A stretch of 63,902 bases of DNA, the filler included, from Octopus bimaculoides (Eukaryota): assembly GCF_001194135.2 (NCBI RefSeq). It is 7 parts of 7 records of this genome, joined end to end, with 100 filler letters (N's around TTAATTAATTAA, not from the genome) between each part and the next. Parts side by side here need not be neighbours in the genome. Positions count along the whole stretch, not along the records: positions 1 to 13,018 come from NC_069002.1; positions 13,119 to 23,969 come from NC_068989.1; 5 more parts are not named here. One strand, given 5' to 3'. The translations under genes were made by a program, and so were the position numbers. The notes under the pieces are model-generated. The model did no database searches. It had not been told where the DNA came from and saw only the letters and a program-made list of their open reading frames with translations. Shown in pieces: positions 12,375 to 23,120 of the stretch. The first letter of the stretch is position 1; every line of letters starts with the position of its first letter.

Positions 12375-12574
12375 GCAAAATAATAACTGGCAAAATCGTT
12401 GAACCTGGGAAAACGATGACCTATGAATTTTCCGTCCCTAGACTCAGTGATTCAGATCCTATGTGTAAAGTGTTTCTTTATCAATCTTCGGTGAATCACG
12501 TGAGAGACTTAAACTCGGGTCTTATTGGTCCATTACTTATTTGCAAGCGTATCAGTAAATTTATCAATCCATAT
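12375..12574 (+). CDS. Multicopper oxidase exon 8 (end of domain 3; last exon found)
   Basis: VEPGKTMTYEF..DPMC..RDLNSGLIGPLLICKR; ends at an open phase-0 donor GTAAGT with no stop. A weaker donor GTAAAT at 12555 is also possible. Confidence 0.92.
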
Positions 12575-12883
12575 GTAAGTATTTATTTTAACATATTATT
12601 TCAAAATGCATGTATACCTTTGAAAACTTCATGTCAGTTCAGAGTTGTCCTACTTTGAACCTTCGACTGAAGAGAGAAAACAGAAATGAAAATGCATCTA
12701 CCAGATCACAGAGGCCGCTTTGGAAACACTTTGGTGTTTTTAATACCCTTTTGCGTAAAGCGGGAATATTTTGTCACGGCAGACGTAATGGAATAACCTT
12801 TTTACAGGTCAAATATGCCCCAAACATATTTGAATTGATCCAAAGTGTATGTGTGTGCGCGTGTGTCTGTTTGTACATACATA

Positions 12884-12939
<56 letters not shown>

Positions 12940-12954
12940 CGTATATACATATAT

Positions 12955-13018
12955 ACGACGGGCTTCTTTCAGTTTCCATCTACCAAATCCACCCACGAGT
13001 GGTCGGCCCGAGGCTATA
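12955..13018 (-). mobile_element. SINE family C fragment
   Basis: ACGACGGGCTTCTTTCAGTTTCCATCTACCAAATCCAC..GGCCCGAGGCTATA, cut by the join. Confidence 0.8.
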
Positions 13019-13118
13019 NNNNNNNNNNNNNNNNNNNNNNNNNNNNNNNNNNNNNNNNNNNNTTAATTAATTAANNNNNNNNNNNNNNNNNNNNNNNNNN
13101 NNNNNNNNNNNNNNNNNN
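13019..13118. other. Artificial scaffold-join spacer N44-TTAATTAATTAA-N44 (first of six)
   Basis: Identical 100-bp layout at 13019, 23970, 27378, 31531, 52118 and 57422; the palindrome has stop codons in all six frames. Confidence 0.95.
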
Positions 13119-13684
13119 GAATCACGGCCCGGCATCGATGCCACGACATCACAACTAGTGATCAGCACTGCCACACTCAGCCTCTCCTCACTTTCACATA
13201 CAGAACTTTTCCTATAGTGTACTAACGAACTGGTATAATTGCTCACGTGTCATTTACTGACTCTTTCTATCTGCTGTAATAACTCACACATGTATCACTC
13301 ACATACACACTTTTCTTTGTACGACGGCCTGTCTTTGATTATGTTCTTATATGTCGCATTCACACTCTCACACAGACATACATCTTTAACGCCACAATAA
13401 ATATCTCTGTTATTCATCTTATACGGTTGTGGTCTTTCATTACTGGTCATCTATGTTATCGTCGCATAACATATCATCTATATCATCCATTGATATATAT
13501 TTGTATGTTTGACCGTGTGACGCGTTTAAATAAAAGGAGTCCTCTGTTTTTTCCATTCGTCACCATATCTCCTTTTATAAGTTCGCACGGTCGTCCCTTA
13601 CATATATATATAAGGATTTATTTTTCGTAATGCAATAAAAAAAAAACCAAGGCTGTGTATAATATAGAACACATTTATAAATAG

Positions 13685-13732
13685 GTCTTACAGCTGTTTC
13701 CAAGATATTTATTATATCCCTTCATCGGAGAC
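13685..13732 (-). ncRNA. Minimal type I hammerhead ribozyme motif (degenerate, CCGAUGA core)
   Basis: Minus strand: GTCT-CCGATGA-A-GGGATAT(AATAA)ATATCTT-G-GAAA-CAGCTG-TA^AGAC. Stem I GTCT/AGAC; palindrome ACAGCTGT as stem III. Confidence 0.65.
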
Positions 13733-14126
13733 GGTGTGAGAGGATGGTTAAGCAATAGTTAATTTAGTTAAGATAGGAAATAAAGAGTGAATGTAGATAT
13801 TGTATTTGTAAATCCATTGTTTAGACAGAATGGTATACATATAAGATTCCAATAGCTTGAGAGTAAAATCCAATAGTCTTTAAGACTGGTCATTGCATTT
13901 GCAAATCCATTATTAAGAAAGGAAAAAGGAATACAAAAATAGAGATAAGGGAAAGTGTACCAGAATGGTCAGTGAATATAATAAGAAGGTATGACCATTC
14001 TGGTCTTTGTCTATGTTTCTCTATAAATTTTAATTTTATATCCAGCCATAGAAACCATGCCACAAGAGACAACTGGAGTCTGGACAGCTCCCTGGTTGGC
14101 CAGCTTCATCTGTAGGGCTGGTAAAA

Positions 14127-14294
14127 GGGAGAACACACTGAGAAACTGGGAGAAGAGGGCACACATTGTAGGGCTGGGAGAAGGGAGAACACATTGAAAG
14201 GCTGGAAGAAGAGGGCATGCATTGTGGGGCTGGGAGAAGGGAGAACACACTGAGAAACTGGGAGAAGAGGGCACACATTGTAGGGTTGTAACAA
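14127..14294. repeat. 28-bp minisatellite, six copies alternating between two unit types
   Basis: GGGAGAACACA.TGA.A..CTGG.AGAA alternates with GAGGGCA..CATTGT.GGG.TG... Confidence 0.85.
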
Positions 14295-14454
14295 GTAAAA
14301 AATAAAAGATATTCAACACAGTTTGTTTTTCTATCTTTATTTGTCAACAGAATTTTTTTTTTTATTTAAATTTAAATTAACAACTAAAATTAAAGAAAAA
14401 GAAAAACAATTTCAGATCTCTTGGGTTGCAACTGACTGCAAATTATAATAATGG

Positions 14455-14600
14455 TTTCAAATTTTGGCACAAGGCCAGCAATTTCGGGGGAGGGGATAAC
14501 TGAGATACATGGACCCCAGTGCTCAACTGGTACTTATTTTATCGACCCCAAAATGATATAAAGCAAAGTTGGCCTTTGCGGAATTAGAACTCAGAACGTA
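14455..14600 (-). mobile_element. SINE family B copy
   Basis: TTTTGGCACAAGGCCAGCAATTTC..CGACCCCAAAATGAT..GAACTCAGAACG. Confidence 0.8.
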
Positions 14601-14861
14601 AGAACAGATGAAATTACTCCAAATAATAATAATAATAATAATAACAATAATAATAATAATAATAAAGGTCTATTCTTCTGCCACAACTTTTTTTTTTTAT
14701 TGTTTTTGAGATTTGCAAAAAATTTTATCTTTTTTCAGGAGTGCCAAGTAGAAAAAGAAAAAAGAAAAAGTTTTTCTGACAGCCCAGTATTTGTCCATTT
14801 GTAATTTTTTTTTCCTCTACTTTTGTTATTTTTCTCACGTTTCTCTTTTTTTCCCTCTCTC

Positions 14862-15043
14862 TCACATTGGTTTTATCTTTTGGGAGATGAATGATCTCTT
14901 GTAAGTTGGACTTTGCATAATGTTTGGCCGCATGGGAGTTCTTAAGCCCATCTTTATACTGGGGGGAGTGTGAGGGTCCACGACATCCCACACATGGGGG
15001 TTGTTCACTTTAAAAGCCAGGATTTTGGCTATTTCTGGATGAC
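14862..15043 (-). CDS. Ankyrin-repeat gene exon 7 (terminal)
   Basis: Strong acceptor TTCCTCTGTTGCCTTCTAG|, phase 1; GHPEIAKIL completes the ankyrin repeat begun in exon 6; ends ..SQKIKPM*. Confidence 0.88.
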
Positions 15044-15299
15044 CTAGAAGGCAACAGAGGAAACAATTTCTTTTTACTGATAAAGAATAAATGTAGTTCA
15101 ACTCGTTCAACTTCTGATGGGTTTTGTGGTGCACTTGACTCCTGTATACAATAAGTTTGTTATATATTTATTCGTTTCAGCATCCAGATTCAAATGACTT
15201 TCAGTGACAAATTAGTTGATAATTTGATACAATGCAGTACAGAATCACAAAAACCCATACACACACACTAAGACATGCGCACACAAGGAGACAGAGGTA

Positions 15300-15417
15300 C
15301 ACACACACACACATAAAAACACACAAACACATGAATATGTAGAATACATACAAACAAATGTACACACATATATATACATATACACACACATGCATACACA
15401 CACTTATATGTATGCAT

Positions 15418-15450
<33 letters not shown>

Positions 15451-15800
15451 TATATACATACACACATGCATACACACATACATGCACACATATTTACATA
15501 ATGCATACATACATACATTACATACACACATACATATATACACACACACATACATATATACATACGCACATGCACACATACATATACATGCACATACATA
15601 CACACATATATACATACACACATGCATACACACATACATGCACACACATTTACATAATGCATACATGCATACATACATACATTACATACACACACACATG
15701 CACACATACATATACATGCACATACATACATACATTCATACATACATACATACATTCATACATACATACATACATACATACATGTGTATGTGCGCACAAA
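15300..15800. repeat. Compound (CA)/(CATA) low-complexity tract with an internal duplication
   Basis: Seen directly; explains the HTYI and CVCM ORFs. Confidence 0.9.
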
Positions 15801-16799
15801 CAAACAAAACAGAATGCAACTTGGAAAATGGACAGAATCAACGACCATTGAAAAGGTTGAATGACGCAACAAGAATTCTAGAAACATTAAAAAGTAAATG
15901 AGTGGGAATTTTACCGGTGATTGTGTAAGGGTTAAAAGTGTGTGTAAGGGTTAAGTGTGTGTCAGTACGAGTTAAGGTGAACAGATGCGATAGGCATGCG
16001 GATGTCTTGGAAGTAAACGAATGAATGACATCGATTCATAGTTAAAGTAATTTATTCACTGGACTTAAATTTGTCGTTGGTACACATAATTCTTCCCTAC
16101 AGGTAATTGTTGACAACTGCTACGAGTTGCTAGAAATAGAAACAGGGTACATATGTGGGGGTAATATGTCTGATCTGAATATGTTTTTTTTTGTGTGTCT
16201 GTGTGCGTTGATCATCTGAGAAAGTAGTCTGCCATGAATCTTTCTGTCTGTCCCTCTGTTGACCACTGGTCAAATGAAATAACAGCTGTGGCAGCTAGAA
16301 GGACAGACATACTGCAGCAGAGATTGAACCTAAATAAGTCAGCTCCTGTCCATTTGAACTTCGCCTGAGATGATTTATCATTTTTTGACAGGGCAAAGAA
16401 AACCATTTTTCGCACCTGTTGATCATGGTATTTTGAACGTGTAAGAATCCTCAGGTTCGGTTTTGAATCTAAGCTTGGAGAAGGACGTGTTTATTCTTAC
16501 ACAACAATTTTTACCATTGTGTTCAATAATAAGGAATGACTCTCTCCAGACACAACTTTATACAACAAATACAATTGTTTATTCACTCAATTTGACATAA
16601 TTTATTTTTACTTTTCGATCACCAAGGGGCTATTAATAAATGACTTAAGTTTTGCTTGTGAAAATGCTATGATTACATAGCTGGACATAAATATCCTTAT
16701 GCAAACCAGAAAGTCACTCCCATCTTTTAATGATTGTTTGTGGGAGAAACATAATGGATGGGAACTTTTCAATGTTCTAATGGGCAGCCTTGATGGAAA

Positions 16800-17124
16800 A
16801 GAAATCAGTAAGATTGCATATTCGATTGGGACCACCAAGAGCTGCAGATAAGTTCTGACCTTTGTGGATCTTAAAATATCTTTTGAGGCCTCCGTTAGAT
16901 TTGCAAACCTTCTGGGATACATTGCATCGAAAGGTCTGCACAGACATATAGGCAGAATCATTGGTGGAGGTTCGTTTTTCATGGGTTCGCAAATGAAATT
17001 TAAGCCCAGCAAAAGAAAGGCATGGTCTATCACAAAAATTCTTCCTTAAATCTCTCTTGCATTATCCTGGCCCCTTCAAATGCTTTCACTCCACTCCACA
17101 CTTTTGTTCACCATCCAGTTTGAT
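16800..17124 (-). mobile_element. 3' fragment of an RTE-clade LINE (same family as 60470-62640)
   Basis: Colinear nucleotide similarity to about 60590-60955; encodes decayed C2H2 fingers (RTHEKRTSTND..KVCKSNGGLKRYFKIH). Confidence 0.85.
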
Positions 17125-17226
17125 ATATATGACAGGTTTCTATCTGAGAACTACAACTCAAATGACATGGCTACCTGTGGACTCTCCAATATATATAAAA
17201 ACAAAAAACTTGTTTGATATAGTTAC

Positions 17227-17289
17227 CTGCATTAGTGGCACAGTCAATTGGATAAATTCCAGATTTGTTGGGCACATTTATACGAGCAC
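17227..17289 (-). CDS. Ankyrin-repeat gene exon 6
   Basis: TTTTCCATTTGCAG|GT GCT CGT..; GARINVPNKSGIYPIDCATNA; 63 nt, phase 1 to 1; donor CAG|GTAACT. Confidence 0.88.
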
Positions 17290-17609
17290 CTGCAAATGGA
17301 AAATAAAGTTTTAATACCAAGCATGGATGCAATTACTTGAATTTTTGCTGTTGCTTTTACAGCTGGATGGCTATACTGTAACTTCTCAGTTAGGGAGTAA
17401 AAAGTAGAACTTATTTATTCAGCCAGTCATGCAGTGGCAATAAAAGTTTGTGTTGTCCAATAAGTACACTTTAATTCACAAACTACCATGGATTCTTAAA
17501 AGATAAATACAAAACTACTACAAATATATTTGCATGTGTATGTGCTTTCTGTTTTTCTCTCCCACCCTTTCCCTATTCTTTGAGCGAGACGTAAACAGTA
17601 GCAATTCAG

Positions 17610-17797
17610 AATCATCATCATCATCATCATCGTTTAACGTCCGCTTTCCATGCTAGCATGGGTTGGACGATTTGACTGAGGACTGGTGAAACCGGATGGC
17701 AACACCAGGCTCCAATCTAATTTGGCAGAGTTTCTACAGCTGGATGCCCTTCCTAACGCCAACCACTCAGAGAGTGTAGTGGGTGCTTTTATGTGCC
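17610..17797 (-). mobile_element. SINE family D copy, (GAT)n tail
   Basis: Reverse complement of 19739-19904; contains AGGAAGGGCATCCAGCTGTAGAAA. Confidence 0.88.
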
Positions 17798-18041
17798 TCG
17801 CTCAAAATGGTGTCTTTTAATTACCAACCAAGTCTGGCATCCCAAATGGGGTAGTGTTACTGACTTTTATAGTCCCAGGAAGACGTCTCCTTCAGTTGGC
17901 TAAGACACACATTCTGTGTCTGATTAGTATTTGCAAGGGGAGGTCATCACTCCCATCCCTAGCCTAATGTGATACACAGAGAGAAGGAGAGAGAGAGAGA
18001 GAGAGAGAGAGAAATGGTAAATGAGTGAAAGATTTCCTTAC

Positions 18042-18140
18042 CATGACGAAGTAGACACTTGACCACTTTGTAGTTGCCTTTACTTGCTGCTCGGTGTAAA
18101 GGTGTGTATCCCTTATTGTTCTGTTTGTTCACATCACATC
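18042..18140 (-). CDS. Ankyrin-repeat gene exon 5 (exactly one 33-aa repeat)
   Basis: GCDVNKQNNKGYTPLHRAASKGNYKVVKCLLRH(G); 99 nt, phase 1 to 1; TTTTTGGTCAG| and |GTAAGG. Confidence 0.95.
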
Positions 18141-18525
18141 CTGACCAAAAAGGAGCAAACATTGACATTTAAGGCTTATGATAAATATTTCATGCATTAT
18201 CTATAGAAATATATTCCCATCATGCTTTCTTCGTCCATCCATTCATCCACCTATCTATATATGTGTGTGTCAGGATGTTGGCGGCGACGGCTTTATCTTT
18301 TGTCTGAGAAATTAGTTTCTTCTTTGTTGAGCATTTTCTTTATGGTGATTCCAATGATGACACAGTAGAGCACAGGACCTCAAAGTGGGCACCGAGAGGG
18401 TCTAGGTGGTTGCTGGTGTCTAAGGGGGGCGGTGTAGGGGGGGGGGTAGATTAAAAAGGATGCATTGGGAGGAAGGCAGTAAATTGGGGGACGCTATGAA
18501 TTCATTATAATATTATTATAGTATT

Positions 18526-18726
18526 GTATACAATATTTACATTGTTTACATTATTTACATTTGACGGATATTTGTCCTCATCTTGATTGTTGTTAACACA
18601 ACATTTCGGCTGATATACCCTCCAGCCTTCATCAGGTGTCTTGGGGAAATTGCGAACCTGGGTTCTCATTCCTAAGGTATTTTTCGATGTTGTTGTCATT
18701 ATTATTATTATTATTATTATATGCCC
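18526..18726 (-). mobile_element. SINE family E copy (head largely deleted) carrying a hammerhead tail
   Basis: Minus strand: GGGCAT-(AAT)n-GACAACAACATCGAAAAATACCTTAGGAATGAG..hammerhead..(AATGTAAA)-like tail. Confidence 0.75.
18595..18640 (-). ncRNA. Minimal type I hammerhead ribozyme motif
   Basis: Minus strand: GACAC-CTGATGA-A-GGCTG(GAGGGTATAT)CAGCC-GAAA-TG-TT^GTGTT. Intact CUGAUGA and GAAA; stem I GACAC/GTGTT; 5-bp stem II; loop-less stem III; GUU cleavage triplet. Confidence 0.78.
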
Positions 18727-18728
18727 GT

Positions 18729-18799
18729 GGGCATATGATGTAGTGGTTAAGAGCGCGGGCTACTAACCCCAAGATTCCGAGTTCGATTCCAGGCAGTGA

Positions 18800-18844
<45 letters not shown>

Positions 18845-18872
18845 TAACAGCATTGAAAAATACCCTAGGAAT
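18729..18872 (+). mobile_element. SINE family E copy (tRNA head, (AAT)n, start of body; 3' truncated)
   Basis: GGGCATATGATGTAGTGGTTAAGAGCGCGGG..GAGTTCGATTCC (A and B boxes), (AAT)n, then GATAACAGCATTGAAAAATACCCTAGGAATA matching the inverted neighbour. Confidence 0.78.
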
Positions 18873-19627
18873 ACCTAATTCAATGAGATTATGAAGGTTA
18901 CTCTGATTACTATGCATAAAATGCAAAATATTTAATATTTTTTTTTTTGTAAATTAGGTAGGCATAATTCGCACCTGTCTTCCAATCACAGTATTTAAGC
19001 GACACATGGTAATGCTGTAGTACACGTGCTGCATACACTCCTGTGCACACTTCTTGACGTGCCAGAAAGGCAGAAGTAAATCTGCCTTCAACTCAGTCGC
19101 ATGACTGCGTTTCGCTTATTTTTGTGTGCTTTACTACATAAAAGTCACCAGCTGCGTACTCTCAGTAATTACTGACGGCACGCGCCTGCTGTCATGGTAA
19201 CAACATTGTCTGCCTGGCAAGAATTTCAAATCATTTCAAAAAAACTCAAAACTAGCAACAGAGTTATCTCCCATTGACTTGCAAAAATTCTCATTCTCCC
19301 CCCACCTCCTACCATCTGAAATTGGTGATGCCTTTCAAAATTTCTTCACCTCATTTGCCAAATTTCCTTCCATTTGTTGCCTTTTTGTTATAAATTTATA
19401 AATAATCCACAGAAAATATTTCTCTAATTCATTACATTTCCTAATGTGGTAGACAAATTTCTGTCAGTAAACTCTTCATTTTTCTGTCTTAATAAAAATA
19501 ATAATAAATGAATACATAAATTAATAAACTAATTAATTAACTAACTAATCGATTAATTAATTATTAATTAATTAACCCACTAATTTTTAATCAAGTGGGA
19601 GATAATAATAATTATAATAATAATTCG

Positions 19628-19925
19628 AGCGAGATCGTTGCCAGTGCCGATGGACTGGCTCCTGTGCAGGTGGCATGTAAAATACACCATTTTGAGCATG
19701 GCTGTTACCAGTACCGCCTGACTGGCTTTCGTGCCGGTGGCACGTAAAAGCAACCACTACACTCTCGGAGTGGTTGGCATTAGGAAGGGCATCCAGCTGT
19801 AGAAACTCTGCCAAATCAGATCGGAGCCTGGTGTCGCCTCCTGGTCCACCAGTCCTCAGTCAAATCGTCCAACCCATGCTAGCATGGAAAGCGGACGTTA
19901 AACGACGATGATGATGATGATGATG
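19628..19925 (+). mobile_element. SINE family D copy, (GAT)n tail
   Basis: ..AGGAAGGGCATCCAGCTGTAGAAA..CCCATGCTAGCATGGAAAGCGGACGTTAAACGACGATGATG. Confidence 0.88.
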
Positions 19926-20568
19926 ATGAATAATTTCTATTACAGGCACAAGGCCTGAAATTTTGTTGGCATCGGCCATGTTCAGATGGTACTTTTTACG
20001 TGCCACCAGCATGGGGATCACAACTACAATTTCCATTTGGTTTTGATGTTGATGTACTTGACTCAGTTGGTCTCCTCAAGCACAGCAGGTCACCCTACGA
20101 TCCAAGGTACTTGAATGGACTGGGGCTGGTTAGGTGAAGCTGGTGTAGGATATGCCAGAATACATGACGTTTTGACCAGCTAGAAACTGCTGCTTTTGGG
20201 AAAAAAAGAAGATAAAACAGATCAGAAGGTGTATCCCTAAATACATTCTGTCTGAAAAGAGAAAGATGCTGTGATCCTATCTGGAACACTTTTGACCATA
20301 TTGTTGCTTGACAGGAGCTGACCTTGGGCTAAACACCAACACTAGGTGATCTAATCTCAAGTATCCTCTCTAAAAAAAGACAATATGATCATGGCTGGTA
20401 TATCTTTGATTATAAATCTTACTTTTGCGATAGTGTTTGTGGGAGGTGGGGATGCAAAACAACAACAATAACATACCCATACAGTCATTATCATCCATTC
20501 TTGTTAATATCCACGTGTCACTCTTCAGAAAAAAAAAAAAATCGAGGGAGTTTTCCTGAAATTCTTAC

Positions 20569-20685
20569 CATATGTAATGAGCAAGTCCAGAGTGGTAACG
20601 TCTGTTTCTGGAGAATTAAGAGCAGCATACGTGGCTAAATACAAAGGTCCATCGCCGTCTTTGGTGACACTCATAATATCAGCCC
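20569..20685 (-). CDS. Ankyrin-repeat gene exon 4
   Basis: TTCCATTAAG|GG GCT GAT..; GADIMSVTKDGDGPLYLATYAALNSPETDVTTLDLLITY(G); 117 nt, phase 1 to 1; donor GTAAGA. Not in the ORF track. Confidence 0.92.
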
Positions 20686-21032
20686 CTTAATGGAAATGGA
20701 AATAAACAAACATAAGCTAACAAATAAAAAAAAAAACCCTCAAAAGTACATTCACGTTATTCTGATTTCAAATGAGAAGCTCCTTCCCCCACCCCTCACC
20801 CCATTTATCTTTACTTGACTTTTTATTTTTTACATGTTTCAGTCATTGCACTGTGGCCATACTGGAGCACCACCTCGAAGATTAACCCTGGTACTTTTTG
20901 TCTTTTTAAAGTCTGGTACTTATTCTATCAGTCTCTTTTGTTGAAATGCTACGTTATTGGCATGTAAACTGTGGGGAAGCATGGGAGGTGTAAGGAAGGG
21001 AAAAAGGAGAGAAGTATATTCTTTTCTACTCT

Positions 21033-21233
21033 AGGCACAAGGCCTGAAATTTTGGTGGAGGGGCCAGTTGATTAGATCGACCCCAGTATGAAACTGGTAC
21101 TTAATATATCCACCGCGAAAGGATGAAAAGCAAAGTCAACCTCGGTGGAATTTGAACTCAGAACATAAAGACAGACGAAATACCGCTAAGCATTTCGCCC
21201 GGTATGCTAATGTTTCTGCCAGCTCGCTGCCTT
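21033..21233 (-). mobile_element. SINE family B, full-length copy
   Basis: AGGCACAAGGCCTGAAATTTTGG..CGACCCCAG..GGATGAAAAGCAAAGTCAAC..CAGCTCGCTGCC. Confidence 0.85.
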
Positions 21234-22094
21234 GGAGAGAAGTGTATTAAGAAATTAACTGAGCTCACTTGTCTGTTACCTTCTATTAATGACGCTTGAA
21301 TCATCCTGTACAAGTATGTGTGTGTGTGAGAGAGAGAGAGAGGGGGGAGGAGAGAGAGAGTGAAAGAGAGAGAGAGAGAGAGAAAGAGAAAGAGAGAGAG
21401 AGAAAGAGAGAGAGAGAGAAAGAGATATATAGAGAGAGACAGACAGACAAAGACAGACAGACAGACAGACAGAGACAGAGAGAGAGTGTGTGTGTGTGTG
21501 TGTGTGTGTTTTGCAGCAGGCTGTGACATTGTACCTTCACAAAGTCCAGAAGTCCAGTCCATCCGTTGGCATAGGTCCTAGGGTCATTGGGGACCCTGGG
21601 AGCTATCCCAGTGGATTGCAAACTTTTGATAGGGACCTACCATGCAGAGGCATAAATAGGTTTGTGTAGGGCCAGCACCCCAACCCAGAGAAAAGCAAAG
21701 TTACAGACACACCAATGTCAATTTAAAACCAACAAAACCTAAGAGAGAGAGAGAGAGAGAGAAGCCTTCTCTCAGTGAAACATATAACATTGTGCAGGAA
21801 AACCTAAAAGGAAAAGCAGAGATACAAATGGAGAAAAGCAGAAAGACAACCCAGATTGCAGAAAAGAGGAGAGTCATAGGTGGACTACAGCCCATAGGGA
21901 TCAGAGGCCTTGAGTATGAGTAGAATAAAACTATGCCAGCTTTTGAGATTAGGCAAAATAACTTAATAGTAATTGAGAGCAGTGATCAACCTCATTGCAA
22001 ATGGACACAATTGGTCAGTTCAGAGACAGATATTGTCAAGGACAATGTTAGCCATGCTATGGCGTAAAATAATAAGGAAACAAAAGAAATTTAC

Positions 22095-22146
22095 CTTTTA
22101 GTAGTAAATAAAGAATCAATTTCCTGGATCCACTGAGGCAGGCACA
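22095..22146 (-). CDS. Ankyrin-repeat gene exon 3
   Basis: TTCCCCATTACAG|TGT GCC..; CACLSGSRKLILYLLLK(G); 52 nt, phase 0 to 1; donor AAG|GTAAAT. Confidence 0.88.
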
Positions 22147-22662
22147 CTGTAATGGGGAAAAACAGCAGACATGTGTCATTATCAACATCATTGTCATTTT
22201 AAAATTTGCTTTTACAAGTTTGGAGAGGTCAGATGGAATTTGTTGAGGTAGATTTTTCTACAGCCAGATGCCTTTCCAGTCACCAACTCTCAGCTATTTC
22301 CGAGCAAGGTAACATTTCTGTATGGCCAGACATGTTTTCATTGAACATTGGAAATGAAGGACACCACATGTATGATGGTAACGCTCGTTTGCAACTATTA
22401 CATCACTTCAAGACAAGGTAGCACAAACACACACAAACACATACATACATACATATATATATANNNNNNNNNNNNNNNNNNNNNNNNNNNNNNNNNNNNN
22501 NNNNNNNNNNNNNGTCCCTCTTAGCGTGAGGCATTCATGTATAGCAATGCCCTTATATAAATAAATATATTTTAGGGAATAAATGATGAATTTTTCCCTT
22601 ATGAGGTTTTTTCCTGCAAGCTACTTAATAAATTCTTATAAAAGACTTTATCCTATTATTGT

Positions 22663-22705
<43 letters not shown>

Positions 22706-22974
22706 TAAATTAAAATAAGCAACAAGGATATCCAAAGTTAATGCAGTATGATCGTTTCATGTGACTCCATTTATTTAAGCAATGTGAACATTACATCAAA
22801 TGTAAAATGCAGAGCAATAATCCTCAGCTGCATAAAGACATAGAAATTTACTGAAATTTCATTTCAACAGAAGTACATATTGTTGTAACTACATTTAAAC
22901 TCTCCAAGTAGAAAGGAAGAATACGAAAAACCATTTTGACTTAGCCAGACCATACAGGATTTACTCTTTGTAAG

Positions 22975-23066
22975 CCTAGTACTTATTCTATTGGTCTCTT
23001 TTGCTGAAGCACCAATTTTGCAGGGACATAAACACACCAACATCGGTTGCCAAGCAATGATGGGGT

Positions 23067-23120
<54 letters not shown>

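Noticed and set aside
14739-14804. Phase-0 acceptor and short frame (ECQVEKEKRKSFSDSPVFVHL*) as a terminal exon for the oxidase
   Set aside because: No cupredoxin similarity, it lies across a scaffold join, and it is the antisense of the ankyrin 3' UTR.
18729-18803. tRNA gene
   Set aside because: A and B boxes are present, but the acceptor and anticodon stems do not close and it runs into (AAT)n and a SINE body; it is a SINE head.
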